DNA from: Adineta vaga
Taxonomy: Eukaryota; Animalia; Rotifera
Direction of reading: 5' to 3'
Assembly: GCA_021613535.1 (NCBI GenBank)
Contig: CP075497.1
Coordinates: 7,130,001-7,194,000, forward strand
Length of the DNA: 64,000 nucleotides
In this document: in pieces, positions 13,069 to 24,771 of the stretch
How positions within the stretch are numbered: position 1 is the stretch's first letter
How the letters are laid out: each line of letters opens with the position of its first letter
Program-made: the position numbers and the translations under genes
The notes under the pieces: generated by a model
What the model was told of the DNA's origin: nothing
The model's database searches: none
The model's input: only the letters and a program-made list of their open reading frames with translations

Positions 13069-14170
13069 ATGTTGAATCAAATAACAATTACTCAAAAAAA
13101 AACTTCATCATATTTGTTCTTAAACGTTTATTAAGTGTCGAATCTAATAATTCAACTTAGGTGCTCAAATGAAATGGTTCAACAATCGAAAAGAATATAC
13201 AAACATTATCAAGTATGAGTATTACTCAAGCTCTAAAAGCATATACACAAACAAGAAATCTACAAAGTGTTTTAACTATACATCGTCATACTTCATTTCG
13301 TGTAGAAACTGATACTTCTATTTCAACATCATTAATTCATCTTTACAGTAAACGTTTTTAAAACGAATATTATTTAAAAAAAACGTTTTCTTAGTGCAAT
13401 GTGGAGATGTAATTAGTGCTGCATCTTTATTTGATGCATCAAGAAAAAAAACATTATTTATGTATGCTACAATGATGAAAGGTAAAAACAACCATTTAGA
13501 TATATGTATAGAAAAGATGGTTCCATTTGATTTCTTTGTAGGCTATGTAATAAAGCATACGCCAGATAAAGCGATTGATCTTTATAAGGAAATGAAAAAT
13601 CCAGAAGAAGTTATTATTATCGTATTATTTAATGTATTTTCTCAACTAGAAAACAGTCAAATGTTGGAAGTAGTTAAAAATGTATCTAAACAAAAGTTCA
13701 TAAATTATTTTTTTTCAAATCTTCGTTTAACAACATCTTTATTCGATTCATTGATCAAACGTGAAGACTGTTCAAATGCAGAAATTATTTTTCCCAATGT
13801 GATATAATCTATAACATGTTATGTTAACTTAATGAATGGATTTCATAATGAAAAACTGCCCGAAAAAGTATTAGATTTATTTTATCAAATGATTTGAGTT
13901 AGGGCACCCGTACATTGAATCAAAACGAAACAGTGGCATCAGCCTTTTGTAGACATAGCGAACGAATTGCGATCGTCTGGAATTTTGTTCAAAATCCTAA
14001 CACATCAAGAATTCATATAACGAAGAATCTTCGTATATATGGTGATTGTTGTAATTAATTGTTATGTTTATCAGAATTTTTGTCCTCTACACTTAAATCG
14101 CTGATATCCGAAAGTATGAAATTATGATTATAGATGCTGTCATTCTCATTATTGAATCTAAACATTACTA
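13069..14170 (+). pseudogene. Degenerate PPR-DYW (pentatricopeptide repeat plus DYW deaminase) gene
   Basis: PPR-like MQCGDVISAASLFDASRKKTLFMYATMMKG and PDKAIDLYKEMK; in-frame TAA 13805; DYW remnant CRHSERIAIVWNFVQNPNTSRIHITKNLRIYGDC at 13948-14049; frameshifts and an internal deletion. Confidence 0.8.
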
Positions 14171-14328
14171 ATCATACTATGATACTTTAGTTCATGTTTA
14201 TTCGAAATAGTTGTATATTTATATACTTTTTTTCTTTGTAAACAAACAAAAATAAACAGAGATTTGAACAATAGATTGTTAAATGAAAACCCAAAGTAAT
14301 AATAATAACAACTTCTTTCATGTTATAT

Positions 14329-15422
14329 TCAAGCAAAACGCCGTCGTTTAGTTGTTGTTGGCGTTGAAATGCAATCATTTTCATTGTTATTATTATTATC
14401 ATAGACTTGAGTCCAAATATAATTAAATGATCGTTTATTATCTGTTGTCATTGACTGTGGATATGTTTTGACTTGAAAATAATCTGATGGAGCATGACAT
14501 ACAAATGAAAGAGAATTTAATGAACGTGGATATTCTTCATTTGGTCCTGCGAAACATAAAAATATTTCAATAGGAAAACAAAATCGAAAATGAAAACATT
14601 TACCAATCGAATAAGCATTGGGATCAAATTGAAAATTATTAGTAGAAGATTTTATTGATGTTGGTAATAACCATGTTAGAAAAGCATATGCATTTACATG
14701 TTCATCTTGAAATAAGGCTCGAATTTGTGCATAAAAACAAGAAAGATTGGAATCAATCAAATATACAATATCACCAACTTCAAATCGACGTCCCTAAAAC
14801 GAAATTATATTTGAAATAGTACGAAAAGATGATTTTCTAAATACCTTTGAGTATAAAACATCAAATAATTTGAATGTTGTTGATAGAGACGAGCACTTCT
14901 CTGGCTAGAAAAGAGCATATTAAATTTAAAGTAAATTTCGAAGTTTTTTTTTATTACCTTTTTAGATTTGAATGCGAGTGTTTTTCTATTTGAACGAAAA
15001 GCTGGCTGTTGTCGTGTGGATATTTTTATTGGTACTTGAGATTTAACTGGTTCAATGACTTTAGATCGTTTAGGTTTCGTGATCGTCGATGACGAAGATG
15101 ACGATGATGAGGAAACGATCTGTTCATCTTTGATAATTTGATTAGAGAAATGAAAACGATTTTCAAATGTTGATAAATCTTCCACATTTGTATTGATACG
15201 TTTTAATTTACAAAATTGATTCGAAGTTTTCAAATCATGTAAAAAACAATTATTACATAGGAGTAAATTACGAGCTGGAACACGCCAATAAACGGATGTC
15301 ATTGTATCACATATACGACAGCGTGGATTACGCGGATCAATTCTAGAAGAAAATGAATTTATTATGAAGAAGAAAACGGAAGAAACAGAAACTTACGTTG
15401 AAGATTGATTTAAACGAGACAT
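14329..15422 (-). CDS. GATAD1: GATA zinc finger domain-containing protein 1
   Basis: CRICDTMTSVYWR..LLCNNC zinc finger plus GRRFEVGDIV..FYAQIRALFQD..AFLTWLLPT..FDPNAYSIGP.EEYPR..FVCHAPSDYF, characteristic of the GATAD1 C-terminal region. Confidence 0.85.
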
Positions 15423-15567
15423 TTTTGTTCGAATAGAATTGAGTCTCGTTTAGTTAATGGAAATATATGTCATTAAATTGTGATGCGAATGCGAGGAGAC
15501 AGTCTTGTCTTTTATTCTTTAGCAGAATGATAGAGAATCCAATCCAATTCGAATATTTGTATGTCAA

Positions 15568-15576
15568 AAGATGGCG
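15568..15576 (-). promoter_or_regulatory. YY1-like motif (CGCCATCTT) upstream of GATAD1
   Basis: AAGATGGCG on + strand, about 150 nt upstream of the GATAD1 ATG; the identical 9-mer recurs at 18045-18053. Confidence 0.35.
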
Positions 15577-15857
15577 TTAGATACTTATATTGCAGATATG
15601 AAATCATCACTATACATATGCCTCATATTTTAATTTAATGATGTACGACAATCGTAAAGTTTTCATACTATTGAATCACTTCATTCACATCTAAAACCAA
15701 CATAGAAAGGAATTAAATCGATATGTGAAGCAACAAGTAGATTTTTTTATTGAGATCAATAACGATTTCAAATATCATGAAGTTTGAAAGTTAGTCATAA
15801 GATTTTCTGTTGACATTAACAGTTGCGCGTACAGATGAACAATTTCTTATGGTAAGA

Positions 15858-17064
15858 TTATTTTGATTCAACGGAAAGCACTTGATTTTCATAATAAAAT
15901 TTTTCTTCAATCTAAATATATAATCGAGAAGTGTTCATTAAATTAAAAGCATACACAAAACAAACTTTTCCCAAGAGTACATTCCAGAAGAGGTTGATAT
16001 CAGCATACGATTTAAATCGTCGACAACTTGCTACTAAATTATAACCCCATTCCAATTGTAAAAGTTCATCATCAGGAAAACGTTGTTTGAAATAAATATG
16101 TACGAAATCAACAAGAGAGATTTTTACATATGATTTTGATGTTTCTACTGATTGTCGTTGTGAATCATATTCGATTTTCTAGATGAATTCGAAACATTTT
16201 GATTTTTATAAACGAATATATAGAAACAAACTTGTTTCCAAATATCTTCGATTAAAAGTGAGACATCTCGTTGCATAAAATGTCGATTACGAATGCTTGC
16301 TGTTGTTTGTAGAAACGTTGGAACTTTCGAATCAAAACCCAAACCAATAAAATGCAGAACATTATTATACTAAAAATGTCACATCCTCAAAATATCAAGT
16401 AAACAAACGAATAGATTCTATACAATATCATTGCCACCAATGATTTCATTAAGTAAAATATCAACACGTTCATTACTTGTTTTTCCAAGAGATAATTCAT
16501 TCCAACGTTCAACAATAGATGTACATCGTTCCCATTTTGGTCTAAATATTCATTTTTCAAATGATTGTTCGATTTTCATTCGAAATACCTTGGTGTTAAT
16601 GTTGCACGATAAGTTTCACATAATGTAAAATATTTATCTCGATCTTTAATCAGATGGTCAAGTTTCTCTTTCAATGTACTACGACTTAAAAAATAACTTG
16701 AAAATGATTTTAATGAAAGTACAAACTTGTATTCAACTTTAGCATTACGAAAATTTTGTTTTAATTGTTCCGATGATTTGATAAGTTCATCGTAAGTTTG
16801 TTGAAGAGCAAGATAATCATTTTTAGGAACATATTCTTTATTGTCTTCTTTTAATTTTGCTATGCGACGTTCAGCTTCTGCACAATCAAGACGACATCGT
16901 CTAAAATTTATTAATAAATCTTCATTTTCTTACAATATTTGTAATGTAAACGATTAAAACCTAATCGCCACACGAAGTAAGACTGGATCATCGAGAGCAG
17001 TATTCAATATTGTATTAATATATTCTGATGGTTTATCAATAAGACTTGTTTTGAAATCGTCCAT
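15858..17064 (-). CDS. Coiled-coil protein resembling translin-associated factor X-interacting protein 1 (short form)
   Basis: Spliced model has RATLTPRPKWERC, HFIGLGFDSKVPTFLQ..RNRHF.QRDVSLLIEDIWK and EWGYNLV, recalling TSNAXIP1 motifs from memory; ATG 17064, TAA 15860-15858. Confidence 0.55.
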
Positions 17065-17216
17065 TAATCAAATCAATGATCACTTGCAAACAGCTGATTT
17101 CAAAATTAATTATCTCATAGTTTTCAACTTTTATTCTCTCACGCTTGTTTAAATACATATACAAAAAAAAGCACTAGTACTGCAAGATTAAAAAATATTA
17201 AAAACACCAATCTATT

Positions 17217-17927
17217 CTATTTTTTCATATCAACTTTTTGATTTTCACCGATTGCTTTGGGATTTTTAGTAGCTGCTGCTTTTGCCATGGCATACAATTG
17301 AACCATCTTATTACTTGGTGAATCCCAATATTCACCATATTTCGCTGTGACTTTCATCAATGTCAAATCTGGATCATCTAATCCTTGTGGGAAAAAAACT
17401 TTCAAATAAGATGACCATAGTTGTTTCAATTTGTCTTTATCATCAACAAATTCTGCTTCACCGCTAACAGATACAAATGACATTTTGTTTGGATCAGAAT
17501 ATGATACATTCACTTGATCATAGTTCTGTTTGACTTCTTCAACTTTTGGTGAAGATTTTTTTGTGAAGAACCATAATGTTCCATCCCATTTATCAACCTG
17601 ACGACTAGCCATTGGTCGTGCACGAAGACTATTATCTGATTCAACAGTTGTGCTATAAAGAAAATGAAAACAATAAATTCTTTTTCTGAAATCATGGTTT
17701 TTTAGTTTACATCATAGCATAACGAATATCTTTGATTAATTCGAATAGCTTCTTGGTTTTATCATCATTTGTTGTTGAAGCAAATGCTAAACTTTGACGA
17801 ACAACTAAAGTCGCATGTTGAAATTGAAATAAAGTTGGTTTAAATAATGATCGCTATAAGATTGTAACAGAAGAAGAGTTCTCCAATGATATTTCCATAA
17901 AAAAACACTTACCACAAGTCTATTCAT
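17217..17927 (-). CDS. General stress protein 26-like / pyridoxamine 5'-phosphate oxidase-like FMN-binding split-barrel protein with N-terminal extension
   Basis: Exons 17927-17913, 17853-17711, 17652-17217: MNRLVRSLFKPTLFQFQHATLVVRQSLAFAST..KKLFELIKDIRYAMITTVESDNSLRARPMA..DGTLWFFT..SPKVEEV..VNVSYSD..VSVSGEA..LWS..FFPQGLDDPDLTLMKV..EYWDSPS. Confidence 0.85.
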
Positions 17928-18044
17928 GATTATATAATGTTAAGTTTAACAAGTTCGACAAACGACAGGAACGAAACGATGAAGAAGAAGAATAGATGGA
18001 ATCATCGAGGTAAATGAATAGCTACCAATTAGTTATATAGCTGA

Positions 18045-18053
18045 AAGATGGCG
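18045..18053 (-). promoter_or_regulatory. YY1-like motif upstream of the general stress protein gene
   Basis: AAGATGGCG(G) about 120 nt upstream of ATG 17927; same 9-mer as at 15568. Confidence 0.35.
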
Positions 18054-18805
18054 GTAATCATTCGAAAGCAGCTGTCAACTACTGATACAATAATTCGAAT
18101 ATTATAGTTTCTCTTATCCGAAAGATAAATATTCATTTAATGAAACAAAATCCTTGAAACATCTGGAAAGAAAATCCCATTTTATTATTAACGTTTGCAA
18201 TTTTGTTGACATTGTTATCAAGCTTCGTCCATCCTTCTTTTTCTCTTCCTTTCCTATTGTTTCAATAGATGAACAAAAGACACGCCTGGCACATTCGTAC
18301 ATCTGTGCAAATACAAAATTTAAATCTCATAAATTGATCAGTGAATTAACAACATAGGACAGAGAAATGATTGCATCACCATTAGCGTCGTCGTCGTCGT
18401 CGTCGTTTGTTGTTGTGGAAAGAGGAAAAAACGATTCTTAAGTATTACAGAACAACTCCATTAATGCAAATAACTCTTCTTTTAATTAAATTAAATCAAT
18501 TCACATATTTATATATTTGAATAGTAATAGATTTTACCTATTTTGTTTTCTACAACAAGCACGAGACCCCCTGTAGCGATAAGTGATTACAACTACGTCG
18601 TGTCTCGAATTAATTATCATCATAACATAGAAAGAAAAAAAGCTCTATTACGATTAATTATCAATCACTTTTTTTTATCAAGAACAAAAAACATATATAT
18701 ATAATAAGAGTTGTTAGGTACGCATACATCACACATAAGATGTCAATTGATCTGACTGTCGATGCATACTGTTCATTGATGATTAAATATGGATGTGTAT
18801 GTGTG

Positions 18806-20249
18806 TCATATTCTTCGGGTCAGATGATGTCCAAGGAGAAGTGCAAATAAGATCAGACTCATAGTGCATTGTATGAAAGAAGAATGATTATTTGCTAATA
18901 GACGTTGCTGTTGATTATGTTGGAATGCGCCTAGAAATAGATCAAAGAATTCTTATGAGATAACCTTGATGTTTAAATAATAATGAACGGATATGTCTTG
19001 AATTTCTGCTTATCTGTTTTTTATCAACAAACCTTTTTCAACAAATAATTTCGCACTTCTTCTTTGCCTTTCATAAATACATGTCCATAAACCAGTATGA
19101 TACGGTTGAGCATGACGTATAATTAATTGTGATTTGAAAGTATTTGCTTGATAATGTTGTTTTTTATGAATACCATCAAGATGATGATTTGAATTAGATG
19201 TTTGATTTAAACTTGAAAACTGCCACGTTATTAATGATGTATTGACATTATAGATTGTACAATCTAATTCAACAAATGTACCTGGTTCAACATGTAAACG
19301 TTCTGGTGCAATCGTCATAGGTATTTGAACTTGTAAATAGATCTTTATCGATACACTTGCATGACGATTTGATATTTTACATTCATATATACCTTCATCG
19401 GATGCTTGTACATTCGAAATTTCTAAATTCCAATAGGAATCTTCATCCGATATCGAATAAGATGAAACAAAATAACGTTTATTTGAATAGAAAACTTGTT
19501 CATCAACTGACAGTGGTAAATATGTATCCATAGTTGAATCATATCTTAACCAAGTAACATGATGATGACCAAGATTTTTTACATGACATTTTAATATTGC
19601 TGTTTCAGAAACGTTCAATGTTTGATTGTGTGAATGCGTTAAAATTCGAGGAAAAGTATTTGATAGAACAGCTGTAATCAATTCAGCAATGATGATGATT
19701 ATTAGTTGGATAGCTAAAAAATATCGAGAATAAACAATGGATAAAAGAGATAAAGTTGATCCGCTCACGTTTACTGATTCTACTCAGCATTGCATATAAT
19801 CGCTAATGATGACAAGACTCAATGTAAACGAAGGGTCAATTGTACAAACAAAAATCTTTTCGTGGCATTTTTGCCTTGTTCAAAGAGAATTAACCTTTTT
19901 TTTTGTACTCCCTGTGTATGAGAATAAGCCAGATGAACTCAACTGAACGTTGTACTTCACAAAATGATATGGATTAATTAAGTTCGAACTTCTCTCATTG
20001 TGACAAGATAACGAAGACAATATAGTCATCTATCACAATTAGTTTGTTGCTCATCTTCTCACTAACAGAGACATTGATGAATTATACAGATGTCTAGTTA
20101 TCACAGGAAAAAAACATCGAGAAGTGTCGAAAAGTGAGAACCTTCATTATCGTTGAACACGACAGTGATAGACTCATATATTATCTTATCAAATCAATAA
20201 AATGAAACAAAGAAGACTTACCTAAAAAATAAGTTATTGGCGATTTCAT
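18806..20249 (-). CDS. Dpr/ZIG-8-like two-Ig-domain cell-surface protein, probably GPI-anchored
   Basis: Exon 20249-20222 (MKSPITYFL) splices in frame into the main exon, completing a signal peptide; Ig1 TAILKCHVKNLG..VTWLR..WNLEISNVQASDEGIYECKIS; Ig2 VELDCTI..HTGLWTC; last exon 18930-18806 ends in a hydrophobic tail. Confidence 0.8.
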
Positions 20250-21482
20250 TATTGAATTAAAGAAAAATCATTGTTTGATAAAAATTGAAGTCACAAACTA
20301 TCTGTTAACTAATCGTCGCATGTTACTAACTAGAATAAAGAAATGAATGAACGAAAAAGAGGAGAAAAAAAGGATTATGACAAGCTCAGCAACTAGTTTG
20401 TTCTCTTTTTCTCTTATTCTCTCTTCCTTCTCCTCTGCTCTCCTCTCCTCTCTTCTCTTCTCTTTCTTTATCGTTTGCTTGATGTATTTGTAAAGAGAAA
20501 ATAAACCTTTGCCTAATGGCATTACTCACTAAATGAATGCAACAAAGAAAGAAGAAAAAAAAGATTAATAAAAAGCAATGATATTCACTTAAGAAAGAAA
20601 TTGATTGATCATGAATCTTAACAGGTGTCTTTTACTGTTGTTACTTTTCTATTATCGAAGTCAATTAAAAACGAAGCAAATTTTGACACCTATTTGTAAT
20701 TGATTTCTTTTTCGTGCTCACTCAAAAAAAGAAAAAGAAAGAAAGTTCATTATTGAACTACAGTAGAGTAAGTAAAAATAAAAAGGAAATCAATGGTTCA
20801 ATAGTTTGCATTTATTATTCGAAATGATAGAGACATGTCTACTCTATGGTCGCCGTTCTTTTCTCATTTTCTCTTTGATTCTGTATACGATGACATGATA
20901 ATTGACCTTTCTATTGCATATACATGTATAGACCTTGCCGTTACACGTCAGACTCGATCGTTTGGGTCCAACGAAGACATCATGTTAAATGAAGATTGAT
21001 AATTTGCTAGTTACATCATTCAATGGTTTCCATTCGAATCGATTCAATTCAATTCAATTCACTCTTCTTAACATCGATGAAATGACTTTGTTGTTTTATG
21101 ATCAACAAGTAGTGTACATATGTATATCAAGGACAAAAAAGATCAATCGTATCATGTGGGAGAAGTGTCATTTGTTCTTATCGACCTTTCTTTTCTAGGA
21201 CATCGAACAAATATAAAATTCGTTTCATATTCAAACATTTCTTTTTTTTTGTTAATCAGAATATTTGCTTCTGAATACGATATAGCTCTGAATTAAACAA
21301 GATGCATGCGTGTATGACTCTGCTGATGCCATCGAATATAGTCTATGCATAATGTGATAAGTGAAATAGCGATCGTGCATGCTTTTCCTTTGAGCTGAGA
21401 TGATATGTAACGGACAATTTGTTTTTATGACGAACAAATATTGCACGCATATTACATCAGGTTGTCTGTTTGACATACACAT

Positions 21483-23775
21483 TTATTTTAAACGATTTCG
21501 AAACATAGGACTGGCTGGCGCAAGGCGTAACGGAGGACGAAAGATGTTATTGTTATTATTATTATTATTATTATTGTTGGCAGAAGACGAACGTGGGTGT
21601 GGTTGATCTAAAGAAAAAAAAATGATAGGAAAAATACATAGAAAAAGAAGAAAAGAATCATTGACTTACTTGGAAGAGATTCCTTATTTTGATGATCAGA
21701 CATTATTGGACGAGATTTTCTCTGTACAGTTGCAGCTTTTTTTACAGGTTGAGCTCGAGGATTTTTGGTTGAAGGAGTGGAACGGATTGGTGCAGCTGAA
21801 ATATGACGACGAATGTTGGCTGGTCGTCTTGAAAAAAGTAGAAAAGAAAGAAGTTAGCATAGAAAGAGACATTTTTTGAATGAAGAAACCGATATTCTGT
21901 TTGTTTTGATTCGTGTTTAGTTTTCACATTTGAAGTTGGTAACGGATCAATATACGGTCGTTCAATACCAAAATCTTTTGCTATCCGTTGATTTATCTAA
22001 AATCAATGAAATTCTACAATTTTTTTTATCGAGTTCAAATGATTAAATCAGACTCGTGTTGTTCGAAGTTGTTGTGCCTGTCCATGACGAGCAATCATGG
22101 ATATCTGTTGAGCTGATGAATAATTTCCGAATATGGCTTGAATTTCATTCAATACCATTCCGACCTAAATCGAGAAAATCAATTTCACATTTCATTACAC
22201 GTGTATCTTTCATACTTGTTGTATTAATTGATCGATAATATTAATATCATCTAGATCAAGTTTAGTCTTTGTTTGTAAGCATTGTGCTTGAAAATCAACA
22301 GCAAATTTTCGTGTATCCTTTACAAAAGAAAGATAGAACTTTTTTTTTCTCTCATTTATAGAAATATTTCTCACATGTAATGTTTGAACTAATCGTTTTA
22401 CATGATCTGTTCGAAATAATTGTCGTGTAAGATGACCTTTGACGAATGCGCCTAATTTTCGATGAAGAATATTTTGTGCTTCCTAGAAAAAGACACGATA
22501 AAGAATGAATTGCAAGAATCAGTTGTTTCTGTTTTTCTACTCGATGAGTATATCGGAAACGTTTTTGTGGAATAGAAAATGTTGATCGTGCATCAGTGAC
22601 ATTATTAAATGGATTTTCTAGCTGCTGCTGCTGCTGCTGCTGCTGTTGTTGTTGTGGATCAAAACCTTGACTATCCAAACGAACATAGTCATGCTTTGTA
22701 TTTATTAATTCTTTGGTGTTGTCATTCTCATTTTCAGAAGAAGAACTTTGCAACGTATAGGTATTTCGACGTAGTTGATTTGTATAACGTTGAATTTTTC
22801 TTGCTGGTTCAGGAGTAACGATTGGAGTGGTTGCTGATGGATAAATCACATAAGTAGACGCTTGAAGTTCATCTGCACTAACAAATCGACCAATACTTTT
22901 AGTTGGATCAATCCATGTAGTACAATGTTCAAGATCGTCTTGTTCATCATCAGAAGTATCTGACTGAATTTTTCGAAGATCATGATTGATTGAATTCTTT
23001 AAAAGACAAAAAAAAGAAAAGTACGTGAAAATAGATGGAAAAATGATTGCATTTACTGTTGCTAATAGCGGCTCATCAAGTGTGCGACAGAATGATGAAA
23101 TATCTGGTTTATGAGATAATTCTTGAAGTAGATCTTCCATAATTTGTTCAAACTGAAAACAAAATCAATATTGAAATATAAGAAAAACTTGAACCTAATT
23201 TACATCTTTTGTTTTCCTTTCTTCACGTATCCGTTTTCGATCTTCGACATATTTTAAACGATATTTTTCTAATAACTAAAAGAAAAGGAAGTAGATAAAC
23301 GAAAAACTATTGAACAAAAACGACTCACTTCAGAGTCATTTTGTGATAACAAACTCCAATCAATGTCATGAAATGGATCACTATCAAGAACAGTATCAAG
23401 TTTTTCAATAAAATGTTCCATCTAGAACAGAAGTGTAAAAAATTATTTTTCTTATTGTTACTAAGCAAAAAGAAACTTTTTTTTCTTATTTTCCTACATT
23501 TTGTTTTCATGTATTCACTATGCTCTGAACCTAAACATTTATCACCAATCTTTTCAAATAATAATTGTCTATTGTCATCGCAGAATTCAAATGCTTCTAG
23601 ATCGAGAAATCGTAAGAAAATCATTTTTTTTACTTTTCTTTAAAAACAATTCATGGTATTTAAGTACCAAAATCATTTCCAGTGCCAATCGAGGGTCGAG
23701 GTAAATCTGCAAGTTTAAATTTTAAAAAAAAGGGCTTCTTCTAGAGGATTTCTTTTGTGTCGATCCAAAATCATT
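21483..23775 (-). CDS. Uncharacterised multi-exon protein with polyQ and polyN tracts; 5' end uncertain
   Basis: Chain of GT-AG exons (DLPRPSIGTGNDFEAFEFCDDNRQLLFEKI; FEQIMEDLLQELSHKP; polyQ; final exon PASPMFRNRLK*, TAA 21485-21483). No family recognised. Confidence 0.6.
22620..22655 (-). repeat. CAA/CAG repeat encoding a polyglutamine tract
   Basis: (GCT)n(GTT)n on + strand within the exon of the 21483-23775 gene. Confidence 0.8.
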
Positions 23776-24149
23776 AAGTATGGAACAACTGAATGAATAC
23801 AAAAAAGAATTACTTCAATGTAAGAAAAGGTTCGAACTGATCTATACATTAACTGTTGTTAAATTAGTAATTACTACAGAAAAAAAGGATCTTCAAAGAA
23901 GAAAATCTGATTCAAATGCACTTATTAATGCGTGTATGTTAGAATTGAGAAAATATATATTCTATATCGAGAAAGACAATATGCTTTCGTTACAGATAAT
24001 CATGGAATATTGTTAGCTGAAGAAAGTAAATGCTGATTAACTAATTTCATCGATTTCATATGTTTGTTTTATAGTAATAAAATCGAAATCAATGAATGTT
24101 CAAAACCGTATTGATTCAACTTTCTTTTCTCATTTTCAATCTACTAACA

Positions 24150-24745
24150 ATGGCAGATATATTTCAACTCTCTATTGTTTCTTCATTTTCTAGTCTATAT
24201 TTAGAATCTATCGGTTATGTTGATCCAAAAATTCTAACAATCACTCAACTAGAACTCTGTAATATTTTTTCTTTTCTTATTTCAAAATCGAATGCTGTCT
24301 ATTTTAGATATCGAAGGAATGAATGAAGAAATCGTCTATGAAACAAAACTAACAGATGAATTTGAAAAAGAATCTACCTCGCGAATTAAAGCTTGTAAAT
24401 CTCCTGTTCTCTATTTTTCACTAAATAATCTGTTCTTTTGTCTGTCAGGTGAAACTGGTATACAATATGCTGATGATGGTTCGGATAGGATAATCGAAAC
24501 ATATATGAAAGAAATTTTCGTGTTTTTTTGCATTTTTAGAATTAAATGTACGAAAAAGCAAATAACATGTTCAATTCATTATGAACGGAAAAAAAATATA
24601 GATATGTGCAAAACTGATTAGAGTTATACGTCTCACAGAGACTGTTCTGAAAGCTTGGAGAACGCAAGGAATTTCCATACAAAACAAAATTGATTTAAAA
24701 GTTGCTTTCGATGTTATTATCGTTGATTCTTTCTTCATCGAATGA
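24150..24745 (+). pseudogene. Probable degenerate multi-exon gene remnant of unknown family
   Basis: Exon-like segments with GT/AG boundaries (DIEGMNEEIVYETKLTDEFEK; ETGIQYADD; LIRVIRLTETVLKAWRTQG) that I could not join without stops or frameshifts. Confidence 0.3.
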
Positions 24746-24771
24746 AAGGAAAAGTGATTCTTCATCATTAA

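Noticed and set aside
19741-19800. GTG start for the Ig protein as given in the ORF track
   Set aside because: An upstream ATG exon (20249-20222) splices in frame and completes the signal peptide, so no non-AUG start is needed.
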